In this document: piece after piece, positions 1 to 9,528 of the stretch
Layout: every line of letters begins with the position of its first letter
How positions within the stretch are numbered: the stretch's first letter is position 1
Assembly (NCBI GenBank): GCA_038226475.1
Contig: JBBRQK010000011.1
Span: forward strand, 41,727 to 105,726
DNA from: Caulobacterales bacterium
GTDB lineage: Bacteria; Pseudomonadota; Alphaproteobacteria; Caulobacterales; Caulobacteraceae
Direction of reading: 5' to 3'
DNA length: 64,000 nt
Translations under genes and position numbers: made by a program
The notes under the pieces: model-generated
Seen by the model: the letters and a program-made list of their open reading frames with translations, nothing else
Database searches by the model: none
Told to the model about the DNA's origin: nothing

Positions 1-1032
1 CTCGGCAACTACATCTTCTCCGGCCTGCAGACCGAGAACTGGGTCTATGTATTGTTCGGCTGCGCCGCCTCGGCGGTCCTGGCCCTGGCCGCCGACCAGC
101 TGCTCGGCCTGATCGAATCGGGCCTCGCCTTGCGCCGGCCGTGGCGTCTCTGGGCAGGGGCGATCGGTCTGGTTGTCGGGTCCGTCCTCGCCCTTTCGCC
201 GCTGTTGGCGGGCGCCGGCGGCGGATCGAGCTATCGCGTCGGGGCCAAGAACTTCTCCGAGCAATATATCCTGGCGGAGCTGATGGCCCAGCGCCTCGAG
301 GCCGCCGGAGCGCGGGTCACGCGCAAAGAGGACCTGGGCTCGGCCACCGCCTACCGGGCGCTCGCCGCCGGAGAGATCGATGTCTATGTCGACTATACCG
401 GCACCCTCTGGGCCAATGTGCTGAACCGTTCCGACAATCCCGGACGCGCCGCGGTGCTGGCGGGACTGACGGCCGAGTTGAAGCGCCGCGACGGGGTCAG
501 GGTCCTGGGAGCACTGGGGTTCGAGAACGCCTATGCCCTGGCCATGCGTGCGGACCGGGCCAAGGCGCTGGGCGTCGCCGGGCTGGACGATCTGTCGCGC
601 CATGCGCCGGACCTGGTGCTGGGCTCCGACCTGGAGTTCCTGTCCAGGCCCGAGTGGCGGGCTCTGGAGGCCGCCTACGGCCTCCCGTTCCGCAAGCGGA
701 CCTCCTACCAGCCGACCTTCATGTATCGCGCCCTCTCCGACGGCGAGGCCGACGTGATCTCCGCCTTCTCCAGCGACGGCCGGATCGCCGCCGACCATCT
801 GGTGGTGCTCGCCGATCCGCGTCACGCCCTGCCGCCCTACGACGCGGTGATCCTGATCTCGCCGCGCCGGGCGCACGATGCGCGCCTGCTCGCGGCTTTG
901 CGGCCCTTGCTGGGGTCGGTGGGCGTCCAGGCCATGCGGGCCGCGAACTACAGTCTCGATCGCGACACGGACAAGAAGACCGCCGCCCAGGCCGCTCGAA
1001 CGTTGGCCTCCGACGCCCGGGCGCGACCGTGA
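1..1032 (+). CDS. Glycine-betaine/osmoprotectant-type ABC transporter, permease fused to substrate-binding domain (5' partial)
   Basis: Frame is open from position 1 (LGNYIFSGLQ..., hydrophobic permease end), then OpuAC/OsmF-like motifs VGAKNFSEQYILAEL, DVYVDYTGT, FENAYAL, LPPY. Confidence 0.85.
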   Translation, partial: LGNYIFSGLQTENWVYVLFGCAASAVLALAADQLLGLIESGLALRRPWRLWAGAIGLVVGSVLALSPLLAGAGGGSSYRVGAKNFSEQYILAELMAQRLEAAGARVTRKEDLGSATAYRALAAGEIDVYVDYTGTLWANVLNRSDNPGRAAVLAGLTAELKRRDGVRVLGALGFENAYALAMRADRAKALGVAGLDDLSRHAPDLVLGSDLEFLSRPEWRALEAAYGLPFRKRTSYQPTFMYRALSDGEADVISAFSSDGRIAADHLVVLADPRHALPPYDAVILISPRRAHDARLLAALRPLLGSVGVQAMRAANYSLDRDTDKKTAAQAARTLASDARARP

Positions 1033-2873
1033 GCCGGTGGTCCAGACTCTGGGGCGGGGCCCCGGCCCGCGACGCCCTGGACGCCGCCGCGGTGCTGGAG
1101 GCGCTGGACGGCGCCCAGGCCATCTGCGGGCTCGACGGCGCGGTGCTGGCGGCGAACACGTCGTGGCGAACAAGGCTGGGACCGGCGCGTCGGATCGCCG
1201 GAGCCTCGGCGTTCGGCGCGTTCAACGCCGCGCGGCGGGACGGACGCGGCGAGGGTGTGGTGCGCGTGGCGGGCGAGGAGCGACACCTTGCCGTGACGGC
1301 CATGGCCGAAGACCGTTTCTTGCTGACGGTGTCGATCCCCTCCGAAGGTCCGCGCGCCCCGCCGGGTCCCGAACGCCTGGACGCGTTCGCCGCCGACTTG
1401 CCGTTCGGCGCCGCCCTGATCGAGGGCGCCGATCCGTTCGACGGCCTCATCGTCGAGGTCAACGCCGCCCTGGCGGGGGTGGCCGGCAAGGAGGCGACGG
1501 TCGGCGCCCGCCTAGCCGACCTTCTGACGCCGGCGTCTCTCGCCGAAGCCCGCGCGCGACTGGCCGAAGGCGGCCGGGGCGCGATCGAGGTTGCGCCGGC
1601 GGCGACGCCGGAGCGCGCCGCCCACCTTTATCTGGCCGCCGGGGCGGACCGGAGCGTCTTCTATCTGCAGGACGTGACCGAGCAGGCGCGCCTGCAATCC
1701 CAGTTGGACCAGCGCAACAAGATGGAAGCGATCGGGCAGCTGGCCGGCGGAGTGGCGCACGACTTCAATAACCTGCTGACCGCCATTCGCCTGCGCGCCG
1801 ACGAGCTTCTGCTGCGCCATGCCCTGGGCGACCCATCGTACGACAGCCTGGCGGAGATTCGTCAGACGGTGGAGCGCGCGGCCGAACTGGTCCGCCAGCT
1901 GTTGAGCTTCTCGCGCAAGGCCACGGTGCGGCGCGAAAGCCTCGACCTCGGCGAAGCGCTGGACAATTTCGCCGTGCTGTTGCGCCGCCTGGTGCGTGAG
2001 GACGTCGTGCTCACGGTCGAGCACGGCCCCGATCTGCCCAGGGTCCGGATGGACCGGTCGGCCCTGGAAAACGCGATCATCAACCTGGTGCTCAACGCGC
2101 GCGACGCGCTGCAGGCGAAGGGCGGCGGGGCGATCCGCGTGCGCGCCGCGCGGCTGACGGCCGCGGAAGCGACCGCGCTGGAATGCCCTGCGCGCCCCGG
2201 CGGGGACGTGGCCCTGATCGAGGTGGCGGACGACGGCCCCGGGATACCCCTCTCGATCCTGCCCAATATCTTCGAGCCGTTCTTTACCACCAAGGCTGTG
2301 GGCGAAGGCACCGGCCTGGGGCTGGCCACGGTCTATGGCATCGTCAAACAGGCCGACGGATGGATCGTGGCGGTGTCGCCGCCGGGGCAGGGGGCGGCCT
2401 TCCGCGTCTTCCTGCCCGCTCATATCCCGCCGATCGTTCTGGAAACCCAGGCTCCGGCCGCGCCGGCGCGTCGCGCCGCGCGCGACCTCTCCGGCGCGGG
2501 GCGTATCCTGTTCGTCGAGGACGAGGCGGGTGTGCGCGGCGTCGCCGCCCGGTTGTTGCGCGCGCGCGGCTACGAAGTCCTGGAAGCGGCCGACGGCGAG
2601 GAGGCGCTCGAACTCGCTCGCGCTCACGCCGGCCGGATCGACCTGATGATCTCCGATGTCATAATGCCGTTCATGGATGGCCCCAGTCTGTTGCGCGCCG
2701 CGCGGCCCTATCTCGGCGCGGCCCCGGTGATGTTCATCTCAGGCTATGCCGAAGCCGACTTCTCCAACCTGCTGGAAGGCGAAACGGGCGTGTCGTTCCT
2801 GCCCAAGCCGCTCGACATCAAGACCCTGGCCGAGCGCGTGAGGGCGGAGTTACGACCCGCCGAACCCGGATGA
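1029..2873 (+). CDS. cckA: Cell-cycle hybrid histidine kinase CckA (PAS-PAS-DHp-CA-REC), no TM helices
   Basis: GTG start overlaps the upstream TGA (GTGA). Motifs [54 protein letters not shown] receiver. Lies upstream of recA. Confidence 0.9.
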   Translation: MSRWSRLWGGAPARDALDAAAVLEALDGAQAICGLDGAVLAANTSWRTRLGPARRIAGASAFGAFNAARRDGRGEGVVRVAGEERHLAVTAMAEDRFLLTVSIPSEGPRAPPGPERLDAFAADLPFGAALIEGADPFDGLIVEVNAALAGVAGKEATVGARLADLLTPASLAEARARLAEGGRGAIEVAPAATPERAAHLYLAAGADRSVFYLQDVTEQARLQSQLDQRNKMEAIGQLAGGVAHDFNNLLTAIRLRADELLLRHALGDPSYDSLAEIRQTVERAAELVRQLLSFSRKATVRRESLDLGEALDNFAVLLRRLVREDVVLTVEHGPDLPRVRMDRSALENAIINLVLNARDALQAKGGGAIRVRAARLTAAEATALECPARPGGDVALIEVADDGPGIPLSILPNIFEPFFTTKAVGEGTGLGLATVYGIVKQADGWIVAVSPPGQGAAFRVFLPAHIPPIVLETQAPAAPARRAARDLSGAGRILFVEDEAGVRGVAARLLRARGYEVLEAADGEEALELARAHAGRIDLMISDVIMPFMDGPSLLRAARPYLGAAPVMFISGYAEADFSNLLEGETGVSFLPKPLDIKTLAERVRAELRPAEPG

Positions 2874-2910
2874 TCTTGTCATGGCCGAGGAATTTGGCGA
2901 GCAAGGCTGG

Positions 2911-3939
2911 ATGACCACCCCCCCGTTCTCACTGGCTGCCAACCCCTTCGTGGTCCTGCCGGTCTCGCCTCGCGCCGACGCGGCGCGCATCGAGCGGGTG
3001 TACGCCGACTGCCTGGCCGCCCGCCCGGCGCGGGAGCCGGCGTTGGCCGAGGCCAGGCGACGCCTGCTTGATCCAGGCGATCGCCTCGCGGCCGAGCTCG
3101 GCTGGCTGATCGATCTCGAACCCGCCGCCGCCGAGCCCCTGCTGGCCGCCATGGCCGGCTCTGACGCCCAAGCCCTGCGTGAGGTCCTGGCGACGGCGCC
3201 GCCGCTGACCAAGGCCAATGTCGCCGCCGACGCCTGCGCCCGGTTGATGGCGAGCGAGTTCGTGCCGCTTCTGGAAGCCGCGCATCTGGCGCTCGACCCC
3301 CAGGCGCTGACGGGCCTCGTCAACGACGCACGGGCCGCGGGCGGCTTTCCGCTCGTCGACGTGGCCGGTGTGACCGCCGCTCTGTCGGAGCTACGCCAGC
3401 GCCATGCGCGCGCGGCCGTGGCGGCGATGGAAGCCGCCGGGGAGGCGCCGCCAGTCGCCGCGGGCACCGAGCCCGGCCTGATGACGCCGACGCGCGTCGC
3501 CAAGCGGGCGCCGCCCAGCCGCTCGACCCTCGCGATCTGGCTCGTTTCAGGTCTGGTCGCGACGGCGGCCATCTTCGCGCTTTTCATCGCCATGCGCTCG
3601 CGGCACTCGCCGCGTCCAACGGCCCATGCGGCCACGCCGGCGGTGGCTACCGTCGGCCGTGAGACTCTTCCGCCGGCCGCGAGCGGCGTGATGCTCGACC
3701 GCGCGCAACTGCGCTATTGCGTGTTCGGCCGCGACAGGCTCGATGCGGTGCCACCTCCGACGATCGGCAGTTTGACCTACATGCGCCGGGCCGATGCCGC
3801 CAACGCCGATTTCGCCGCCCGGTGCGGCCACGTGCGCTACATGTCCGACGATTTCGCGGCCGTCAGCGGCGAGGCGACGGCTGCGCTGCCGCGCCTGCGA
3901 AAAGAGGCGCAGGCTCTGGCGCGGGACTGGAGCCGGTGA
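2911..3939 (+). CDS. Hypothetical membrane protein: degenerate J-domain-like N-terminus, one TM helix, C-terminal domain with two Cys (alternative start 2881)
   Basis: ORF 2881..3939; NPFVVLPVSPRADAARIERVY...LLDPGDRL; TM TLAIWLVSGLVATAAIFALFIAM; QLRYC...FAARC. Confidence 0.65.
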   Translation: MTTPPFSLAANPFVVLPVSPRADAARIERVYADCLAARPAREPALAEARRRLLDPGDRLAAELGWLIDLEPAAAEPLLAAMAGSDAQALREVLATAPPLTKANVAADACARLMASEFVPLLEAAHLALDPQALTGLVNDARAAGGFPLVDVAGVTAALSELRQRHARAAVAAMEAAGEAPPVAAGTEPGLMTPTRVAKRAPPSRSTLAIWLVSGLVATAAIFALFIAMRSRHSPRPTAHAATPAVATVGRETLPPAASGVMLDRAQLRYCVFGRDRLDAVPPPTIGSLTYMRRADAANADFAARCGHVRYMSDDFAAVSGEATAALPRLRKEAQALARDWSR

Positions 3940-4403
3940 CCGGCGCCATCGCCGTGGCGCGCGAGCGGATCACGGTCCGTGTGCTGCTGCTCGATCCAGC
4001 CGACCGCATCCTGTTGATGAAGGGACGTCTGCCGAGCGATCCGGCTGCGCCCGGAGCCTGGTTCACCGTCGGCGGCGGGGTCGAAACGGGCGAGACGATC
4101 GAGGCGGCGGCGTTGCGCGAGGTGGGCGAGGAGACGGGGTTCGAAGATGTGGTTCTGGGCGAGATCGCCTGGCGCGGCGAACAGATCCATCATGATCGCA
4201 AGGGCCGCCCGGTCCGCGTTCGCGAGACCTTCCTGCAGGCACGGTGCGGCGGCGGAACGCCCTCCCGGGCCGGCTGGCAGGCGCTCGAGCGCGAGTTCGT
4301 CGACGATATCCGGTGGTGGACGCTCCGCGACCTCGCCGCCTGCGCCGAGCCCGTGTTTCCCGCCGACCTCGCCGATCGCCTGGCCGCAGTGCTCCAAGGC
4401 TAA
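3936..4403 (+). CDS. NUDIX hydrolase
   Basis: Nudix box GGGVETGETIEAAALREVGEETG; GTGA overlap with the upstream stop. Confidence 0.85.
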   Translation: MTGAIAVARERITVRVLLLDPADRILLMKGRLPSDPAAPGAWFTVGGGVETGETIEAAALREVGEETGFEDVVLGEIAWRGEQIHHDRKGRPVRVRETFLQARCGGGTPSRAGWQALEREFVDDIRWWTLRDLAACAEPVFPADLADRLAAVLQG

Positions 4404-4503
4404 GGGGGATCCTACGGTAGGCGTGGCTGCATCCAATTGGCCGCGTCCGCGTTTCGACGACGTCGGGCCAGGCTTCGTCCGGCCCTTGCAGGGATCGACA
4501 CTC

Positions 4504-5208
4504 ATGATAAAATCGCTAATGACCGCCGGTCTTGCCGTGGTCTCCTTCACTCCCAGTCTCGCCGCCGCTCAGAACTGCCAGGAACGGCACGACAACCGCG
4601 TGGCCGGCACAGTGATCGGCGCCGGCGTCGGCGCCCTGCTGGGCGGGGCCATAAGCGGCGGTCGCACCGGCGGCGTGATCGTCGGCGGGGTTGGCGGCGC
4701 TGTCGCCGGCAACGCCATCGCCGGCTCCAGCACGAATTGCGGAAATCAGTACGGCTATTACGACGCCAATGGCGCGTGGGTGCCCAACACGGCGAACGCT
4801 CAGGGCTACTATGGTCCGGACGGCCGCTGGGTGGCCAATGCACCGCCGCCCGGCCCTTCCGCCTATGCACCGGTTCCGCCGCCCTACGCCTCGTCCGGCC
4901 CGGGCTATGCGGTGGACGCGGATTACGCCGATCGCGGACGCTGGGGCGACGCGCCTCCCCAGACACGGCAGCGTGAGGACTGGTTGGAGGACCGGGTGCG
5001 AAGGGCGATGAACGACGGCGCAATCGAGCGCAATCAAGCCCTCAGCCTCATTCAGGACGTTGATACCGCCCGGCGCATGGACAACAACTGGCGACGGGGC
5101 GACGGCGACCTCGATCCCAGCCAGAGGGCCGAGATCGAGCGCCGGCTCAACGATGTCAGGTTCCGCCTGCGCAAGAACATCAACCAGAACGTGCGCGACA
5201 ACTACTGA
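4504..5208 (+). CDS. Secreted glycine-zipper domain protein
   Basis: Signal peptide MIKSLMTAGLAVVSFTPSLAAA; glycine zipper GTVIGAGVGALLGGAI...GGVGGAVAGNAI; GYYDANGAW/GYYGPDGRW repeats. Confidence 0.8.
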   Translation: MIKSLMTAGLAVVSFTPSLAAAQNCQERHDNRVAGTVIGAGVGALLGGAISGGRTGGVIVGGVGGAVAGNAIAGSSTNCGNQYGYYDANGAWVPNTANAQGYYGPDGRWVANAPPPGPSAYAPVPPPYASSGPGYAVDADYADRGRWGDAPPQTRQREDWLEDRVRRAMNDGAIERNQALSLIQDVDTARRMDNNWRRGDGDLDPSQRAEIERRLNDVRFRLRKNINQNVRDNY

Positions 5209-5227
5209 CGCTCGCAGCTTAAACGAG

Positions 5228-5260
5228 AAGGCCGGTCAGGGTTCCTGGCCGGCCTTTTTC
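5228..5260 (+). terminator. Intrinsic terminator between convergent genes
   Basis: AAGGCCGGTCAGG-GTT-CCTGGCCGGCCTT followed by TTT. Confidence 0.65.
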
Positions 5261-5463
5261 GCGCCTGTGTCGCCCTCGCCGGTCGATGGGCGAGCGGCCT
5301 CGGGATCGGCCGACTCGGGCCCGTCCAACGCATCGGCCGCGGCCTTGGCCGCCGGCTCGACCTTGCCGGCCTTGGCGAAGGCCGCCTCCTCGTCATCGAA
5401 GCGTTTGGCGGCGGCATAATTGCCCTCTCCTTGGACGGCGCCGGGTTTGGGGGTGTCTGGCAT
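5236..5463 (-). CDS. Small hydrophilic hypothetical protein (75 aa, QGEGNY motif)
   Basis: Strong SD (GAAGGAGG) before ATG 5463; MPDTPKPGAVQGEGNYAAAKRFDDEEAAFAKAGKVEPAA. Confidence 0.65.
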   Translation of the reverse strand: MPDTPKPGAVQGEGNYAAAKRFDDEEAAFAKAGKVEPAAKAAADALDGPESADPEAARPSTGEGDTGAKKAGQEP

Positions 5464-5589
5464 CCAGGCCTCCTTCGGGGGGGTGGTGTCTGCAACGATA
5501 AGGATGGGGCCGGCCCCGGTTCCCGCTCCCGGCTTGATCGGGTGAACCCGGCCCAGCCCGGCGCCAGAAACTTTTCGTCGATGCCGAGA

Positions 5590-5621
5590 GAACATCTTGC
5601 CAACCTGAACAAACCAGGTAC
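5590..5621 (+). promoter_or_regulatory. Alphaproteobacterial LexA (SOS) box(es) upstream of recA
   Basis: GAAC-N7-GTAC at 5607-5621 and a degenerate GAAC-N7-CAAC at 5590-5604. Confidence 0.75.
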
Positions 5622-5708
5622 AGATTTGTCTTGGGCGGCCAACTCGGGAATCGTTTCGGGATAGGCTAGGCCCGGCGGAATCATGGGATAGGGATGGCGA
5701 GATCTGCG

Positions 5709-6776
5709 ATGAGCAACATGGCGCTGAGGCTGGTGGGAAAAGACGAAGGCGACAAGCAGCGGGCCCTCGAGGCCGCCCTGAGCCAGATCGATCGGGCTTT
5801 CGGCAAGGGCTCGGTGATGAAGCTGGGCGACAAGGGCAAGATCGTCGAGATCGAGTCGGTTCACACGGGCTCGCTGGGCCTCGACATCGCGCTGGGCATC
5901 GGCGGCCTGCCCAAGGGGCGGGTGGTGGAGATCTACGGGCCGGAGAGTTCAGGCAAGACCACGCTCGCCCTGCACGTGGTGGCCGAGGTGCAGAAGGCCG
6001 GCGGCACCGCCGCCTTCATCGACGCCGAGCACGCCCTCGATCCGTCCTACGCCCACAAGTTGGGGGTCAATCTGGATGATCTGCTGGTGTCGCAGCCCGA
6101 TACCGGCGAACAGGCCCTGGAGATCACCGACACTCTGGTGCGTTCGGGAGCGATCGATATCGTGGTCATCGACTCGGTGGCCGCCCTGACGCCCAGGGCC
6201 GAGATCGAGGGCGAGATGGGCGACAGCCTACCCGGCCTCCAGGCGCGGCTGATGAGCCAGGCCCTGCGCAAGCTCACCGCCTCGATCTCCAAGACCCATA
6301 CCTTGGTGATCTTCATCAACCAGATCAGGATGAAGATCGGCGTGATGTACGGAAGCCCCGAGACCACCACCGGCGGCAATGCGCTGAAATTCTACGCCTC
6401 GGTGCGCCTCGACATCCGCCGGACCGGCTCGGTCAAGCTGCGTGACGAGATCGTCGGCAACAACGTTCGCGTCAAGGTGGTCAAGAACAAGGTCGCCCCG
6501 CCGTTCCGCGAGGTGGAGTTCGACATCATGTATGGCCACGGCATCTCCAAACTGGGCGAGATCATAGATCTGGGTGTCAAGGCCGGCGTGATCGACAAGT
6601 CCGGCTCCTGGTTTTCCTGGAACAGCCAGCGCATCGGCCAGGGCCGCGACAACGCCCGCGAGTTCCTCAAGGCCAATCCCGATATAGCAGACCAGATCGA
6701 GGAGCAGGTCCGTGGCAATTCCATCAAGATCGAGGAGGCGCTGTTGATCGGCCCCAGCGACGAGGCCGAGTCCTAG
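5709..6776 (+). CDS. recA: Recombinase A
   Basis: [23 protein letters not shown] and the other RecA motifs. Confidence 0.99.
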   Translation: MSNMALRLVGKDEGDKQRALEAALSQIDRAFGKGSVMKLGDKGKIVEIESVHTGSLGLDIALGIGGLPKGRVVEIYGPESSGKTTLALHVVAEVQKAGGTAAFIDAEHALDPSYAHKLGVNLDDLLVSQPDTGEQALEITDTLVRSGAIDIVVIDSVAALTPRAEIEGEMGDSLPGLQARLMSQALRKLTASISKTHTLVIFINQIRMKIGVMYGSPETTTGGNALKFYASVRLDIRRTGSVKLRDEIVGNNVRVKVVKNKVAPPFREVEFDIMYGHGISKLGEIIDLGVKAGVIDKSGSWFSWNSQRIGQGRDNAREFLKANPDIADQIEEQVRGNSIKIEEALLIGPSDEAES

Positions 6777-6834
6777 GGGCGTGGCTCGCGCCGCTCCTCT
6801 CCTCATCAGGCGGAGGGAATGCTAGAGCGCGCGC

Positions 6835-9480
6835 ATGCCTAGCCTGAACGACATCCGCCGCCAGTTCCTCGACTATTTCGCCGATGCCGACCACGCCGTT
6901 CTGGCCTCCGCGCCGCTCGTGCCTCAGAGCGATCCGTCGCTCCTGTTCGTCAACGCCGGCATGGTCCCGTTCAAGAACATCTTCACCGGGGCCGAGGCGC
7001 CGCCGGCGCCCCGCGCCGCCACCTCGCAGAAATGCGTGCGTGCGGGCGGCAAGCACAACGACCTCGACAACGTCGGCTACACCGCCCGCCACCACACCTT
7101 CTTCGAGATGCTGGGCAATTTTTCGTTCGGAGACTATTTCAAGGAACGGGCGATTGAGCTCGCCTGGGACCTCGTCACCGGGCGCTTCGGGATCGATCCG
7201 GCGCGTCTGCTGGTCACGGTGCATGCCTCGGATGAGGAGGCGGCAGCCCTGTGGCGCAAGGTCGCCCGTCTGCCCGACGAGCGCGTCATCCGCATCGCTT
7301 CGTCCGACAACTTCTGGTCGATGGGCGACACCGGGCCCTGTGGTCCGTGCACGGAGATCTTCTACGACCACGGCGAGCATATCGCGGGCGGGCCGCCCGG
7401 TTCGGCCAACGAGGACGGCGACCGGTTCACCGAGATCTGGAACCTCGTCTTCATGCAGTTCGACCAGGGCGCGGATGGTGTGCGCCGCGATCTGCCCAAG
7501 CCTTCAATCGACACCGGCATGGGCATCGAGCGCCTCACCGCCGTGTTGCAGGGCGTGCACGACAACTACGACATCGATCTGTTCCGCACCCTGATCTCTG
7601 CCAGCCAAGCCCTTGTCGGCGGCCCCGGCGGAGCCACGAACGGCCCGTCGCACCGGGTGATCGCCGATCATCTTCGCTCAACCAGCTTCCTGATCGCCGA
7701 TGGTGTGACCCCTGCCAACGAGGGCCGAGGCTATGTGCTTCGGCGGATCATGCGCCGGGCCATGCGTCACGCCCATCTGCTGGGAGCGGCGGAGCCCCTG
7801 ATGCACCGCCTCGTGCCGACCCTGGTGGCCGAAATGGGCGAGGCCTATCCTGAGCTTCGGCGAGCCGAGCCGGTGATCGCCGAGACCCTGAGGCAGGAGG
7901 AGGAGCGCTTCCTGCGCACTCTGGGTCGCGGCATGGCGCTGCTGGAGGACGCTGCTGCCGGCCTCGGCGTCGGCGACACCCTTTCCGGCGAAACGGCGTT
8001 CAAACTCTACGATACCTACGGCTTTCCACTGGATCTGACCGAGGACGCGTTGCGCCCGCGCGGCATCGGCATCGATCATGCCGGCTTCGACGCCGCCATG
8101 GCTGCGCAGCGGGCGATGGCGCGCGACCATTGGGCGGGATCCGGCCAGCATTCCCAGGGCGCTGTCTGGCTCAGCCTGCGCGACCGGCTCGGCCCGACGG
8201 TTTTCGAAGGCTACGACCTTGGCGACCACGGCGCCGAAACCCTGGCGCTGGTCAGGGACGGGAACGAGATCGACCGGGCCAGGGCCGGCGAGACAGTGAT
8301 CGCCCTGTTCGACGCCACGCCGTTCTACGGCGAGAGCGGCGGCCAGGCCGGGGATCGTGGCCTGGCGACCTGGCCCGGCGGGGCCGCCGAGGTAACCGAC
8401 GTGCAGAAACAGGCGGGCGACCTGTTCGCTCACGCTCTCTTGGTCACCGATGGAACTCTGGAGGTGGGCGCGCGCGTCACGCTGGTCGTGGACGCGGCCC
8501 GCCGCGCGCGCACGCGGCTCAACCACTCCGCCGCCCATCTCCTGCACGCCGCCCTGCGCCGAACGCTCGGCCCGCACGTGGCCCAGAAGGGCCAGATGGT
8601 CGACGGCGAGAGACTGCGCTTCGACTTCAGCCACGGCGGCCCTCTGACCCGCACCGAGCTCGAGGCGATCGAAACCGAGGTCAACGCCGTGATCCGCCAG
8701 AACCTGCCGTCCCAGACCCGGCAGATGAGTCCGGCGGACGCCATCGAGGCCGGCGCTCTCGCCCTGTTCGGCGAGAAGTATGGCGACAGCGTGCGCGTGC
8801 TCACCCTTGGTCGGGCGCTGGAAGGCGAGGGTGACTATTCCGTCGAGCTGTGCGGCGGCACCCACGTGGCGCGGACCGGCGACATCGCCCTCTTCACCAT
8901 CGTCTCCGAGCAGGGGATCGCTGCCGGCGTGCGCCGCATCGAGGCCCTGACCGGGGAGGCGGCCAGGCGCTGGCTGCTGGATCAAGCGGCGGTCGCCCGC
9001 GGTCTGGCCGACCAGTTCAAGTCGCCGGTGTCCGAAGTCGCCAGCCGCGTCGACGCCCTGGAGGCTCAGCGGCGCCGACTGGAACGCGAGCTGGCCGAGG
9101 CCCGTAAGCGACTCGCTCTGGGAGGCGGTGCGGCGACCTCCAGCGTCGAGACCCTGGGTGACGTCAAGTTCGACGGAAGGGTAGTGCAGGATGTCTCGGC
9201 CAAGGACATGCGGCCGCTCGTCGACGAGGCGCGCAAACGTCTGGTCGATCACGGTGTCGTCGCCTATGCGGCGGTCAATGAGGGCAAGGCTTCCATCGCT
9301 GTGGCGCTGACCGCCGATCTGATCGGCCGCTTCGACGCCGCCGTGCTCGCGCGGGCCGCGGTCGCGGCCATGGGCGGCCAGGGCGCGGGCGGCAAGCCCG
9401 ATTTCGCTCAGGGCGGAGCGCCCGAAGGCGCCCGCGCCGCCGAAGGCGTCGCCGCGGTCAGGGCCGCTCTGGCTGGATAG
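6835..9480 (+). CDS. alaS: Alanine--tRNA ligase
   Basis: [36 protein letters not shown] editing motif, ELCGGTHV. Confidence 0.99.
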   Translation: MPSLNDIRRQFLDYFADADHAVLASAPLVPQSDPSLLFVNAGMVPFKNIFTGAEAPPAPRAATSQKCVRAGGKHNDLDNVGYTARHHTFFEMLGNFSFGDYFKERAIELAWDLVTGRFGIDPARLLVTVHASDEEAAALWRKVARLPDERVIRIASSDNFWSMGDTGPCGPCTEIFYDHGEHIAGGPPGSANEDGDRFTEIWNLVFMQFDQGADGVRRDLPKPSIDTGMGIERLTAVLQGVHDNYDIDLFRTLISASQALVGGPGGATNGPSHRVIADHLRSTSFLIADGVTPANEGRGYVLRRIMRRAMRHAHLLGAAEPLMHRLVPTLVAEMGEAYPELRRAEPVIAETLRQEEERFLRTLGRGMALLEDAAAGLGVGDTLSGETAFKLYDTYGFPLDLTEDALRPRGIGIDHAGFDAAMAAQRAMARDHWAGSGQHSQGAVWLSLRDRLGPTVFEGYDLGDHGAETLALVRDGNEIDRARAGETVIALFDATPFYGESGGQAGDRGLATWPGGAAEVTDVQKQAGDLFAHALLVTDGTLEVGARVTLVVDAARRARTRLNHSAAHLLHAALRRTLGPHVAQKGQMVDGERLRFDFSHGGPLTRTELEAIETEVNAVIRQNLPSQTRQMSPADAIEAGALALFGEKYGDSVRVLTLGRALEGEGDYSVELCGGTHVARTGDIALFTIVSEQGIAAGVRRIEALTGEAARRWLLDQAAVARGLADQFKSPVSEVASRVDALEAQRRRLERELAEARKRLALGGGAATSSVETLGDVKFDGRVVQDVSAKDMRPLVDEARKRLVDHGVVAYAAVNEGKASIAVALTADLIGRFDAAVLARAAVAAMGGQGAGGKPDFAQGGAPEGARAAEGVAAVRAALAG

Positions 9481-9528
9481 ACCGGCGCGGCGCAGAGTTC
9501 GTGCTCCGCGACTCAATGGGGAGCGAAG

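Noticed and set aside
141-1028. N-terminal 296 aa of the 910-aa ORF as a CckA extension
   Set aside because: Arg/Pro-rich off-frame read of the transporter gene. CckA homology begins at GTG 1029.
5494-5523. GGAAC...CGTT on the minus strand as a SigT/EcfG promoter for the small ORF
   Set aside because: The spacer is 21 nt, versus about 16-17 nt expected.
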